64,000 nt of DNA from Heteronotia binoei (GCF_032191835.1 NC_083226.1:132432001-132496000), one strand, 5' to 3'; positions 26,711-40,129 are shown, counted from the first letter of the stretch. Notes: generated from the sequence alone by a model not told the origin. Numbers and translations are program-made.

Positions 26711-27721
26711 CAGTGAAATGAAGTCATGGGGGGAAGAGGGATATACTTGGAGGCCCTGGAAGTGTCCCCTCTTGCTCCTTGTCATGCCCCTTGATGGAGA
26801 ACTCACTATGGCAAAAAGCCCAGTGGTGACCAGGTGGGTGACTGTCTGACTGGCTGCATAGGAAGAAGAGTAGGAAGAGGAAAAAGAGGAGAGGTATGGA
26901 GGCTGCCAGGTAAGGAAAGGAGGAAATAGTAAGGGAGAGGGAAATGAGATGCCCCTCACAAATCCTAGTATGTGTCCCCTGCTTGTTGATCATTAGTGTA
27001 TGTAAATATGGCACATAATCTAAATTTCTGCTACTCAAGAAAACGGCAAGTTTAAACTTTTTATCTGTGTGTCATGTTGCAGCATTTTTATATCAGCTGT
27101 CCTCAATTGTTAAACACAAATTCCATTTAACAATTATTGTCTCATTGATGCTAAGAACTTAGACCGTAGCCCATGAGATGTTGTCCTTTAGCTTTTATAA
27201 TGGAGTTAAAGAATAAATTATTACACCTCTCTTAGCTGTTTTGCCAGGTCACGTGACAGAAGATCTGGTTACCATGTTCTTACTGGGGATAATGTAGCTA
27301 CTGCTGAGGGGCCATGTTTTTGAAAGTAGCCATAAGAGCACGGTCTTATCCAGCATCCTGTTTAATCCTGTGGCCAACCAGTTGCCTTGGAAATCCAACA
27401 AGTATGGTGTAGAGGCTGAGACCTGTTCCTGACATTACTTCTTACCACTGATATTCAGAAGTTTGTTGCCTCTAATTATGGAGGTTTCCCTTAGTCACCA
27501 TTTTGCTCAATCCTGGTTATTGAAGGAATTTTGTTCATTCACTGTACTTGTAATATTGGATTGGATACCTCTTGAAGAGGTAAATGCAGGCAGTTCCAAA
27601 TAGCTTTTTTTGGAGGACATAATTGTGGTGTCAATAATACAGATTCATATGTAAAAACCAGGTTTTTTTACAGGCAATTTGAATGATTCTTCAAGTATAA
27701 TTCCTTGGTTAATTTTTTTAG

Positions 27722-27824
27722 GTCTTACATTGGTATCAGCACCTCACCTGGCTCAATCTTATCATCACCTATTCCCTTTGGATGCCTTTCAGGAAGTCCC
27801 AGTGGAACTGTATAAAGGAGAACG
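27722..27824 (+). CDS. GTF2H2: TFIIH p44 coding exon 13/15
   Basis: [34 protein letters not shown]. Confidence 0.95.
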
Positions 27825-29156
27825 GTATGCAAAGTTGCTTGGTGTGAGCAATGTAAATTACATTCCCGCCCCCCCCCTCCCCGGTAAGACTGTAATTCAG
27901 TAAATTGATAATTCAGTTTTGTATAGCCAGGCAGCCACAGTTCACCACCTTTCTTGTCTCTTAAAATAGCTTGAGAGCTCTGACCCTTTAATGCACAAGA
28001 TCCTCTCTCTCTTATTCACAAAGACACCACCAGCCAGGGTAGCCCAGTACTATATAATAATCACTAATTCTTACCCAAAGAGGCAATCTCCTGTTTCATT
28101 GGCAGAGTTAGCTTAAAGGAGACAAAGCCAGAGGGGGTATTTTGGGATTCTCCACCTATCTATACAGTGATCTTTCCCTTAAAGAACTCTTGAAATGTTC
28201 AGCTGGAATAAGTTTTATTGAAATAGGAATAAAAGGGGACAAAACACACAGACAAAAAACACACAACCTAGTTAAGAGGAAATAAGGGAAGACAGCTGAG
28301 GAAGTGATTTTGGTTACCAGGATCAAAAAGAGCGAAGTCTGTGGAGGCAGCAGCAAAACGAGCAGCAATTCACAGAGCGAAGGGGAGAGGGCCCACATGC
28401 AAGTGGGGGTGTGAGGTATGGGGCCAAGAACATACACACAGTGCTATGGCACAGTGTGTGACAATACTCCCTGAGGCATGTTTGTCCCCAAAATCATGAG
28501 TTGATGGTCTTTTCGGGGGTGAATAATGATTTGGGTGAAGCCTTGTTGAGTTTACATGAGGTGGACTATAGGTTTTAATGTTTCTTGATGACTTGCTGAG
28601 TATCAAATAGGAAAACTCCCAGGTTTTGCAAGCAGTGTTAAAGTGCTGCATAATTAGGGTAAATGGGTGAAAGGAAGCTGAGTGTGGATGAGGTTAATTC
28701 AGGGGTGTCAAACATGCAGCCTGTGCAGGGTTCAAATCCAGCCCCTGAGCAACTCCCTTCTCCTGCTTTCTTTTCCAGGGCTGCAGCTGCATTGTCACTT
28801 TCTTTTCCCCCCAGCTCCCTCACTAGTTCCTTGCTTTTTGTTTCTTGCACTCCCCTTCTCTCCCTCTCTTTCACACACAGAAAGAGAGAGCTCCGGGGCT
28901 GCTTCCTGCAGGAGAGATACAAAAACAAGCCTCTCTCACACACACAGAGTTTCCAATCCCTTCTCTGGGGCTTCTCCTCTTTTGGGGAGGAAGGGAGGGG
29001 GAGGAAAAAAGTCACATGGCAGCTGTAAAACCAACACTTCTGCTTCTTCTTGGGTGGGTGGATTCTTCTGACAAGCACAACTTATATTGTTTGTTTATTT
29101 GATTTATATCCCGCCCTCCCCGTCGAAGCATGCTCAGGGCAGCTTACATTTTATAA

Positions 29157-29706
29157 CACGGGTGGGGAACCTCTGTCCTGAGGGCCGTATGCAGCCCTTG
29201 AGGTCACTTGTTGTGGCCCTCAGGGATTGCTGGGCCGAACTGAGCCATGTGGCAGTCTCTCTGGGGTCTGGCTGGTCACGAGGATCGTGGGGCCCAGCCG
29301 TGCTGTGCAGCAGCCTCCCCAGGGCCAGGCAGGGATCACAGGACCTAGATGTACTGTGCGGCAGCCTCCCTGGGGCCTGGCTGGCCGGCCAGAATTGCTG
29401 CAGGGCCTGGAAAAGTTACTGTCACAGTTCAGTTTGCACTTGATTATCCCAGATGGTGTGGCCTAATATGCTACTGAGTTCCTGCTGGGCTTTTTCTACA
29501 AAAAATCCCGGGTTTGTGTGTGTGCCAAATTAGTCTCTCCCCACATGACTTCAAATAGAAAAACAATTATTTGTATTAATTTTGCCAACCTGAATCGTTC
29601 TCCCTTGGCGGAGCACTGTTTTTTAAGGTGATAATTTTTTATGGCCCGCAAATGATGTTATAAATATCCATATGGCCCTTGGCAGAAAAAAGGTTCCCCA
29701 CCCCTG
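29157..29706. mobile_element. hAT-type element (3' half repeated at about 50990-51350)
   Basis: GGGTGGGGAAC...GTTCCCCACCCCTG termini. Confidence 0.7.
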
Positions 29707-30939
29707 TACAACAATAAAAAACATTTAAAACATTAAATTAAATTAAAATTAAACATTAAATTAAAACAGTTTGGTGCTAATTTCAGTGCAATTTAAAGAT
29801 GGTATTGAGTAGTCTTAAACATCCATTAAAATCTAATACCTCAGCGGTGGTTGAGGAAATAGAGGAAATTATTTTGGCTTATTCTGAAAAATTGAATTTC
29901 TCTATTCCTATTTGGATTTATTTTCTTTCAAAAAGACCCTGATTAGCAATTAGAACACTTGGATTCTTGGAAAGTGGAGTGATTTCAGATGCCACTCTTA
30001 GGTCAGCAACTGGATGTTGTGGTTTCTAATGTCAGACTTATGTCCATTTATTCTTTGCATGCTCCTGGACTGAATCCCCCTGGATGGAATTATCTAGGTT
30101 TCCTGTCTCATTACCAATGCTGGTGTCTCATTACCAGTGTTGGTGTCTCCATGCCTTCTACCCCTCTGCACCTAATCCAACCAAGCCTGCTGTTGTCATT
30201 CACCTTCTATTGCCATTTGACATCTGAAATCACCTTTATAAAGTTTATATCTCTGGTACCTTATGTTACATTTTATGGCCTGCATAGCCTGGTGCAACAA
30301 AGTGACATTTATGTCAATTCTGGCTCTTCTAACAAATGAGTTTGGCACCTCTGGGTTAATTCAAGGTGAAGAGATCTATTTTGGGAGACCCATAGTCCTG
30401 AACTATACATCTCTTTAGGATGGGGAGGAAGTTGTTAGCAAGTCAGCTGCTCTTTTTCACACACTTGTAAACTATGTGTTACATTTCTCCTGGCTGGCAT
30501 CCATTTTATGTCCTTTTTAGGCTAGGCTCTGCATTGCAGCATATGATATTTGAGCTGAAATATCTATATTAGGAAGGGTGTTTATGGTTTTTTTGTCTAT
30601 AAACTGCTATCCAGTGAGAAAAGGGTTCTGACTGCTAACACCCTCATTCAAGACACTGCACAGAACTGTTGGGGATTGGGACTCAACAGTCACATGCTCC
30701 CACCATTTACTCGTATCCTAATTTTAAAAGACTGAGATTTTTGTGTGCGCGTGTTCTTCTTTCCCCAAGACTATACATATCCAGCTCAAAGGATTAAAGA
30801 AACAAGCAGTTCACCATACACACACACCACATACCACACACACCCACAGAGTTTAAACTTAACATTGGAGTGGATCAGATAAAGATTACAAAATGTCTTT
30901 ACAACTTTTGAACCATAGCCCTATTTAGGCATTCAGGAT

Positions 30940-32325
30940 TCTTTGGTACAAGTTGACTTTATCTTATTCAGTAGCAGGTTGCTTCTATGTTACACAAGAA
31001 CTCGAGGCTCCAAGCGCGTCTTCAAGTCTATTGCTGGATCACTTTAGTCCACTCAGCCTGGAGGAAGTTGACAGGATTCTCATCTCTGTGCACCATACAA
31101 CTTGCATTCTGGATCCGTGCCTGTCTTGGCTGATAAAAGCTTGCCAGACGGAGCTATGTGACCTCTTCGAACTATTGTCAACAGATCCCTCACAGAGGAG
31201 GTCTTTCCCACACCTCTTAAAGAGGCTGACATCTGCCTCTCTTGAAGAAACCATCTTTAGACCCAACCAGTTTGGCCAACTGTCGGCAGGTGTCAAACTT
31301 GCCCTTCCTGGGTAAGATTATAGAGGATGGTGGCGGCACAGTTACAAAGTTTCCTGGAGGACTGGACCCGTTCCAGTCTGGCTTCCGCCCAGGTCACGGG
31401 ACAAAGACCGTGCTGGTTGCCCTCATCATGACCTCCTGAGGCATCTTGATCAAGGCGGCTTGGCTATTGCTGCTATTAGACCTGTTGGCTTGCATTTGAT
31501 ACAGTCGACCATCAGCTGCTGTCCAGCCATCTTGCCGATATGGGGATACAGAGGTCCGCCTTAGAGTGGCTTTCCTCTTTCCTCCAAGGTCAAGGACAAA
31601 GGGTGGCAACTGAGGAGTTGTCATCCCAAAGACACCCACTTATCTGTGGGGTGCCCAGGGGGCAGTTCTCTCCCCAATGCTGTTCAACATCTACATGTGC
31701 CCCCTTGCCCAAATGCTCAGGAGGTATGGGCTGAGTTGTCATCAGTAAGCACTGCACTGGCTGCCTGTTGCATAATGAATCCTTTTCAAGCATTGGTATT
31801 AACCTTCAAAGCCCTATATGGCCCAGGACTGTCTTATCTGTGGCCCCGCCTTGCCCCACGTTCCCCAGAGAGCGCTTCGATCAAGTTCTCAAAATCTTCT
31901 GGTTGTCCCTAGGCTAAAAGAAGCTAGGCTAAATTCCACCAGAGCCTTCTCTGTAGCAGTCCCAATGACCTGGAAAACGCCCCAGAAGCTATCAGGGCCT
32001 TGCAGGACTTATCACAGTTCTGCAGGGCCTGCAAGACTGAATTGTTCCAGATGACATATGACCTCTAAATGGGAGAGGGCTGCCACCTTCCCTGGACCTA
32101 CCGTATCTTGTATTAGTACCAACTGCCTAGGATTTGACAGCTTTGGAGAGAGGATGCTGTATAATCCTGCCTATAATAGATGTAGTAGCACCATTGTGAT
32201 TTTATTTGATTGTTTGATTGTTCTGGTTTTAATACTGTTTATTAATGTTGCCTCTGTTTATTTTATGTTGTTAGCTACCTTGAGTCTTTGTAGAATGGGT
32301 GGGATATAAATCTAACGTAATAAAA
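30940..32325 (+). mobile_element. Decayed L2-type LINE (RT region plus 3' end)
   Basis: LDPFQSGFRPGHGTKTVLV, ALEWLSSFLQGQGQRV, CGVPRG fragments; frameshifted. Confidence 0.85.
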
Positions 32326-32805
32326 AGATACTATTTCTACCTCTAGCCAGCTCTGATTACAACTCCCTTAATGGCTGTTCAGTTGTCCCTCTCTCGCCAA
32401 CATTCAGTCAGTTCCCATTGGTTGCCCTTAGGGATAAGCAGAACCTAACCTGTCCATCACAATTGGTTTGTTGGTGGACATTGAACTAGGATGGCTAACT
32501 AGATCAAGTTGCTATTGGTGTTTTGTTGTAGCATCTGAATTCACATTCAGCAGTTCACTAAGCAGCACTGATCCTTGCAGCTGCCTAGTCCCAGAGCTGA
32601 TTGTATATTGAGGAAGTTTTGCTCACTGGGAGGCAGGAAAGAAGGTAATAAACAGACAAACCAGGTTTACAAACTAGGATTTGTTACTGAAAACTGATAG
32701 ATCAACCAGAATTTGCTTTGCAGACCATGAATGTAAGTTTAAACACACGGTATCTGAATGCAACTGGCATCTATCATAAGAAAAATTGCAGTTAACATAG
32801 CATAG

Positions 32806-33905
32806 TGAGAACATAAGAGCCCTGCTGGATCAGACCAGTGGTCCATCTAGTCCAGCATCCTGTCTCACACAAGTCGCCAAACAGATCCTCTAGATGGCCA
32901 ACAACAGGGCATAGAGTTTGAGGCCTTTCCCTAATGTTGCCTCCTCGCTCTAGGATTCAGAGGATGTGGAGCTCTCTCTCACTCACTATGGCTAGTAGTC
33001 ATTGATAGACTTATCCTCCGTGAATCTATCTAATCCCCTTTTAAAGCTGTTTAAACTACATCCTCTGGTAGCAAATTCCATTTAATCACTCTCTTCATAA
33101 AGTAGTATTTCCTTTGTCTGTCCTGAACCTATTGGATTCTCTCCAGTCCTAGTATTTTGGGAGAGGAAGAAACATGTCAGTTTTCTCCATCCTTCCCCCT
33201 TAATCATCTCTTTTCTAAACTGAAAAGGCCCAGACTATTCAGCCTTTCCTCATCGGGATGGTGTTACAATGTCCTAATCATCTTAGTTGCTCTCCTTTGT
33301 ACTTTTCCAGTCCTGCAGTGTCCTTTTTGAAATACAATGACCAGAACTGTACACAGTATTCCAAATGAGGCCACACCATAGATCTATACAGAGGCATTAT
33401 CAGATGTTTTATTCTCAATCCCTTTCCCAGTTATCCCTAAAATAGAATTTGCCTTTTTCTCACCGCTGCAGCATACTGTGTTGCCACTTTCATTGAGCTA
33501 TCCACTATGACCCCAGGATCTTTTCCCCTCCCATTCTCAGCAAGTTCAGACCCCATTAGCCTATACTTGAAGTTGGGGTTTTATGTCCCCTTACACTTAC
33601 CAACACTGAACTTCATTTGCCACATTGTTGCCCACTCAATTTATGGAGGTCCTCTTGGAGCTCTTCACAGTCAGCCTTGGTTTTCACTATCCTGAATAAT
33701 TTTGCGCTGTGTGCAAACCTGTCCACTATACTTTTCAGCCCTAATTATAGATCATTTATGAATAAATAAAATAGTAGCAGCCCCAATACCAGTTCTTGTG
33801 GAATCCCACTGTTTACTTCCCTCCATTGTGAGAACTGTCAATTTATTCCTGCGCTTTACTTTGTCCTTTAACTAGCTTTTAATCCATAAGAGAGAACCTG
33901 TCCTC
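32806..33905 (-). mobile_element. CR1-type LINE 3' portion
   Basis: aacataagagccctgctggatcagaccagtgg tail followed by typical CR1 ORF2 antisense sequence. Confidence 0.75.
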
Positions 33906-33914
33906 TTCTCCCAT

Positions 33915-34030
33915 AACTTTTGTTCTTCAGTTGCACAGTTGACTGACTCTTTGCGACCCCATGGACAAAGTCATGCCAGGCCCTCCAGTCTTTCACCATC
34001 CTCCAAAGTCTGCTCAAATACATGTTAGTT
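33915..34030 (-). mobile_element. Bov-B/RTE 3' fragment
   Basis: LWRMVKDWRAWHDFVHGVAKSQ, similar to the Bov-B C-terminus. Confidence 0.7.
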
Positions 34031-34304
34031 ATATCAGTAACTGCTTCTTTAAAAAACTGACGAACCTGTTCCTTGAGATGAATTCCCAAAGAATCTTTTA
34101 GACTATTATACAATACATTCTTCAGAGGTGTCCATCACGCCTAAAACATGTTTCTGGTATTTGAGAAGCTAGTTTTAACTATCCAGTATCTTGTATCAAG
34201 AATAGCAGCTGTTATATAGATGTTCTAACATGCTAATTTTACCACAAACATGCAGCAGGTGTTTGTTTTCCTAAATAACTTGATACATTTTCTCTTTTAA
34301 ATAG

Positions 34305-34344
34305 TTATTGTCAAGGTTGCCAAGGAGAAATCAAGGATCAGCAT
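34305..34344 (+). CDS. GTF2H2: TFIIH p44 coding exon 14/15
   Basis: YCQGCQGEIKDQH; atag/gtaagt. Confidence 0.95.
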
Positions 34345-35324
34345 GTAAGTATTTAATATTCAACAGACAAGTTGCATTGTAGTGGCTTTCCCTTAAAGCA
34401 AGTCATCTTTAGGAAATCTCTTTTGCAGAAAATGTCAGTAGGCTGGTTCATCTGTTTTTATTGAGGCCTCACGATTTAGTGATATGGTAATATGCAAGTA
34501 TGCAAAAATAGTTAAACTGGATAAAAGATAGATGAACAAAAGCACCTCAAGTTTTCATCAGCTTTTAAAATTAAATGTATGACATATTGACCTTGTTTCT
34601 TTATAAGTTTTAAAATGCTTTTCTATAAAAGATAGCTAAAATTTGGTGCATGTGCAAACAAACTCACTCTCTGGACTGGAAAAATCTGATTGTGGGACAG
34701 TTTACTCTAATGATTCACATGTAGTGTGTTAGATTGAAAGCCATTTTCCACCAGAAGAAATTTGTCAGTTCTCCCTTCCCACTGCTGTTCCCCACTGCAC
34801 ACATCATTCTGTTCCTAAGAAATTTCCAGCCTCCCAAGAGCAGCAGTGAACTACAGTAGGAAAGGGGAGGTAGGAAAAGATCCACTGCCAACAAAGCTCT
34901 TCTCTTAAGTTTTTTGGATGCAACCTATGTAGAATTTACCTTTGTAACAGAAGCTGACCTTTCAGCAGAGAGTAAGCCAATCTAGATGTGTAAGGTATGT
35001 GAGAGTTCTATCCTCTACTAAAGACACAGAAGGAAGAGAGGATTGTAGTGATAACCAGGAGCATGTTTGTGCTTTCAAAATAGAAGTAATATTTAGTATA
35101 TAGAGTTTTAAAAACTTGATTCAAGTTTGTCACAAACTCTTTACTGCTGTTTTCTATATAGTAACAAACACTTATGTATGCCCACTGCTATGTAATACAG
35201 GGCTAAAAAATCAGTAATACTATGATGGCAATTAAGGCACAGAAGAGTTTAAAATTTCTCAGTATATTCAGTGTTATTGTGCCATGATGTTTAACACTTC
35301 TATATTTTAAATCTGTTTCCTCAG

Positions 35325-35444
35325 CTCTACATTTGTAAAGTCTGCCAGAATGTGTTTTGTGTGGAATGTGACCTTTTTGCTCATGATACTCTGCACTGCT
35401 GTCCCGGCTGCATTCACAAGCACCCTGTTCCTCCTTGTCTATGA
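35325..35444 (+). CDS. GTF2H2: TFIIH p44 coding exon 15/15 (RING-like zinc domain)
   Basis: [39 protein letters not shown]; summed exons = 1188 nt = 395 aa + stop. Confidence 0.96.
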   Translation, partial: LYICKVCQNVFCVECDLFAHDTLHCCPGCIHKHPVPPCL

Positions 35445-36534
35445 TATCACCCATTGCTAGACTGTACTTGCTACATTCCTGTGCAGAGTCCACTTTGTCT
35501 ATTCAGCAACATACGTTAAAGATAAGGAAGAATAACTTATTTATCTTTGTGTAAATTAGTATTTTTATTTCATCAACTCTGTAATATATATGCGTACACA
35601 CAGCCTCATTTATTTGATATTTGTAACATTTTTAAAAAGTATTTAACTTTATTTGGGATTATTCTGAATAATGTGCCTATCTTTATTTCTGAAAGTCATA
35701 AAATGGACATCTGTACTAAAATTATGGTTTCTGTTTTAATGGACTTTCTATAAATATATTTTCTCAACAAGGTAAAATCTGCAATGCCCCCTTCCCCCAC
35801 AGCTCTTCTGGAGCTTTTACAATGGAACAATTTCTTATTCGTACTCTGCCTTCATTGAATGATGTCAGACAATCAGGCGACACACACTTGAATTTTGAGA
35901 AACTTTGCTACATTGTTTCATGCTCCACTGTTCAAACAAAGCAGAAATTGCTGGGAAAAGTTCAGGAACTGCTCTTCAACACTGGTAGATGAGAAATGCC
36001 TCTGCAGTCTACAGTGCTCTACCTGTTGTTCATAAGGCCAAAAGTTCTGTAAAGTATCTTCTTACTAATAAGCAGAAACATACCTATGCAATCTGAATTG
36101 GCAGACTGAAGGAACAATGAGCTAAAATGATTAATGCTATACCTTGAATACATATTACTAAAGCAGAATGCATTTTTTGCCTCTTCACTTATTTGTTGAT
36201 AAAAGTTTCAGGTTTAAGATGAATGCTAAGTTACACTGATTGCTGTGTGTATTCTGCTTCAGTGTCAACATGGTATCCTGAGAGCCTAAGTGGCAATACA
36301 ATTGCTTGCTACATGGAAGCACTCTTTCATAATGGACCAAAGCAATCACCATGATAGTGCAGATAACTCTGCAATCACACAACTGAGGAAAACTGACTTC
36401 CTTATTCATATTGGCTTTTAAGCAGGCAGGATTAGACTAAAACAAGACACCTATGGTGATTTCCATTATATCTTTCCTATATTAAAGTCCATTCTCTTTG
36501 CTAGATGTAAAACAGACTAACAACATTAAAGTAA

Positions 36535-37301
36535 AGTTTTGGGGAAAAAAGTTTATTGAGTATTTTAAACAAGTTCAGTGACATCACTGCTAAGTAACAG
36601 ATCCCTATTCGCTTGAACAGATTTGTTCTAGCCCCACAGTCTGGACCACTGGGTAACCAACCACAAGCATCTATAAAAATCACTGACTGGTTACACCTTC
36701 TAGAAAGTTTAAGTACATAATAAGCAATGACATGAACCTGTCAGGTGTTTTACTGGATGTGTACATGAACAGTTCCAAACAAGATCTGAAAAACAAGTGA
36801 AGAAAAAAAGATACTTTCTGTGGAATCTTCAAACCAACAGTCAACTAGTTTCTCTATGCCTATTGTCACTGCCAAGTGATTCTGTTAGCACCTTAAATCA
36901 GTGCAAGGCTAGATAATCAGATGCAGAGGAAGAGGAATTAGTTCAGAATAGGCACTCGAGAGTGGGACAATACATGATAAAAACAGGGTTAAACCTGTAA
37001 TCTTGCTAGCAAAGTATCATTTGTACAAAGTGGGTAAGTGATGCCTCTGAGGATTATACAGTCAGTGATCTCCCTCTCAGTGAACACTTCATCTTTGTTG
37101 AAGAATGTATACGTGGGGTATCCCTCTCCATGGGAGAGATTTTTTCACACCTAGTTTTTAAAAAGAAAACATACAGGTAAATTAGAGCATATTAGAAATA
37201 CATGTCAGTAATATTAAGTTCATCTTCTGTCCAAGATGAGCTATTTGTATTGGAAATACATGAAAATGATATCAGCCACTCAGTTGTATTTAACATGCCA
37301 T
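36535..37301 (-). other. SMN1: Candidate SMN non-coding terminal exon (exon 8 equivalent) / 3' UTR
   Basis: Acceptor ctcttttttcag|ATGGCA at 37302/37301; minus-strand AATAAA at 36552-36557; 3' end approximate. Confidence 0.6.
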
Positions 37302-37726
37302 CTGAAAAAAGAGGTGTATATAGAAATGATAGGCATTTCTTTGTATGCTACTTTTTAAAACCTCTTCCAGTTTTGTTGTTTCATTATCCTTGAGGAAACT
37401 GCTAGTGAATCTATGGAAATGATTTCATGGATGAAAATTAAAGTTACATTGCTTTGCTCATTACAGAGAGAACAGTTGACTTAGTTTTATTTTTTAAAAA
37501 ATGCATCTACAGCCCTAAGCCACAAAGCAGCAATAAGTCAACCCCCTCACTGTTTTCACAGCACCCTTTCCATGGACTGCCAGGAAAGAATAATGTGTGA
37601 TGGTTCTTCCTGCCCTACCTTCACATCCACAAGAAAAACTATATTAACAGCCCAGTATTTTTGTTGTGTCTCCAAGATATTGGTACAGCTTGCTCTCTAC
37701 TGAAACAAAATTAATACTTACAGCTG

Positions 37727-37783
37727 CTACTTAGAATGGGTGTGTCTCCCCAACGTAGCTTCCATTCGGCTCTGTTTTAAACC
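37727..37783 (-). CDS. SMN1: SMN exon 7 coding part (exon ends 37722, donor gtaagt)
   Basis: cag|GGT; GLKQSRMEATLGRHTHSK*, resembling the recalled avian SMN C-terminus GLKQSRMEAA. Confidence 0.9.
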   Translation of the reverse strand, partial: GLKQSRMEATLGRHTHSK

Positions 37784-38834
37784 CTGTGCAATACAGTATA
37801 TGGAACTGTTTGTAACAGAAGACCAATGTGTATTACAGACCAATAGATTATCGACAATGGAACAGAAGTGACACTAAAATCTGATTATCTATGCCGGGGT
37901 CCTCAACATTTTTGGGCCTGTGGGCACCTTTAGAATTATGAGGCAGAGTGGTGAGTACAACCACAAAATGGATGCTACAGGAGGCACAGACAACCACAGA
38001 GGGAGCCCACCCTCAGGATAAAAGAGGGGCAATTAAAAAAAATGCAAAAGTGAGATATAATAAAACCAACACTATGGTATGCTGCTAAAACAATATTTTC
38101 TTAAAGACCAATCAAATATATCCCCAGAATTATGCAGGTTTTGTATGCAGCATTTTTGGGTTTGTGTGCAAATGTGAGAGCAGGCAACAGAAGCACTGAG
38201 CAGGCTGCAAAGGTTTTTTCTGGTCACATACACTAGAAGTGTCAGATGGCAGAGAGATTCATTCTCTGAGCCAATTCTGGGAGAACAGACAAAAAATGAA
38301 ATAAATTCAGCACTATCCCAGTGGGTCAGTGTTAAGTTTTGGTTAGCAAAGTCAATCTAGTTTGATTTAAAATTTTAGTTTTACTCTTAAAGCAGTAAGA
38401 AAGTAGCAGAACCATTTTGACAGCATTTTCACTTCCATGTAGCACAGCAGAAACCATAACAAATGTCAATATCACACTGAATTCTCCATGTACAGTGACC
38501 TTCCAAGAATATTTCAACCCATGTAAGACTACGGTTTTTCTCACAGAAAATAATGCAGACACTTGACAGGATGGATCTGGACCAATGTGGCTCTCTTTGA
38601 ATTTGGGGGTTTGTTTTAAGGTCAAACTACATATTACGATGTTCCATGGGTTGTCTAGATCCCCAAGATGATGGGTAACAGATCCAGCCACCCATAATGG
38701 TTTGTTTTACAAACTGCTTTTTTATTAGATTAAGAAAGCCACACAAAAGGCTATTCTATTCAAGTTGCATTAACATAAGGAGTTGAAGAGGTAAGATGCA
38801 TTTCAGGAAGGGAAAAAAAAGACCTCTCTCTTAC

Positions 38835-38945
38835 CAGATAGTAGCCAGTATGATAACCACTCATATACCAGGCTATTAACATACTTCCTAATGCTTCGTC
38901 ATCTTCTGACGAGTCTGGACTCAGAGGTGGTGGTGGTGGTATCAA
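38835..38945 (-). CDS. SMN1: SMN exon 6 (YG box)
   Basis: [37 protein letters not shown]; 111 nt. Confidence 0.97.
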
Positions 38946-39820
38946 CTAGGAAAAAAGAAAGTTTATACTGAACTGGTTGATTTCTCTTTAGAAAGTTTCA
39001 AAAAGCAGAACATTCTAAAATGTGTACATTTTTTCAGATTTATAATCTGAAAGCTAGCATGATACTATCTTTGTCATCTAAAACTAGTATCCATATTTTC
39101 AAAGCAACAAGCTTAAGAGCTAAATGCCCCAGATCAACAGTGGTTGTAGTCTCCTGTGCAGCTCTAGAATCTCAGAGTTCATTACAAGCAATCATTTAAG
39201 AGGCTTCTAATGCCAAATTAACTGAATAATGGCATAATGTTTATTCAGAGTATGTCTGCATCATGTCACCACACTCTCTTTACCTTAAAAGCTACTACAA
39301 GTGCTTACTGAAATCTTAGACAAAAGAACATGTAAAGAAAGGTGAAAAAAGAAAGGCCAAGAAGACATCAATTCAACTAATCACAACAATCTACAAAGCC
39401 TAGAGGAAGCCAACATAATCAGCACTATGAACATCTAGTTCTTCCCAAAAAGTAAGAAAAAGTAATGTGTGCCTTGGCTAAGCCAGATTAAAGATGTTGC
39501 ACATTCTGTGGTGAGAGCATCTTCAACACCAAGGCCATTTCCATCCAAAAACCAGGCAGGAATCTGGATTCGTTTTACTGCATGTATTGTATTGCTTTAA
39601 TTGTTAAATTGCTTAAGCTGAATGTCATTAATGATTATTTTATGTACTTGTTGAATGTTGTACACCTCCACAAGCCTTTGGGGGGTCGGTTTACAAATTA
39701 TATTTTTTAAAAAAGAGGAAATGAATCTAAATAATCTGTCTCATCCAAGACTGCCTAAAGCTGTGTAGCCACCACCCACTTAAGCACCTTGCCCAAGAAT
39801 GGAATATTAACCACTGGGTA

Positions 39821-40129
39821 GTAAGAGCCCTGTGGTGCGGAGTGGTAAAGCTGCAGTACTGCAGTCGAAGCTCTCTGCTCATGACCTGAGTTCGATCCCG
39901 GCAGAAGCTCGGTTCGGGTAGCCGGCTCAAGGTTGACTCAGCCTTCCATCCTTCCGAGGTCAGCAAAATGAGTACCCAGCTTGCTGGGGAGGTGGGGGGA
40001 GTATAGATGTCTGGGGAAGGCAATGGCACACCACCTCGTAAAAAAGTCTGCCATGAAAACATCATGATGCGACGTCACCCCAGAGTTGGAAACGACTGGT
40101 ACTTGCAAAGGGGACTACTTTTTTTTTTT
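39821..40129 (+). mobile_element. Near full-length Sauria-type SINE in SMN intron 5 (antisense to SMN)
   Basis: tRNA-like head, GAGTTCGATCC B box, typical body and tail. Confidence 0.88.

Noticed and set aside
27248-27257. Perfect GTCACGTGAC (CLEAR/E-box) palindrome
   Set aside because: A single intronic 10-mer far from any promoter, with no supporting context.
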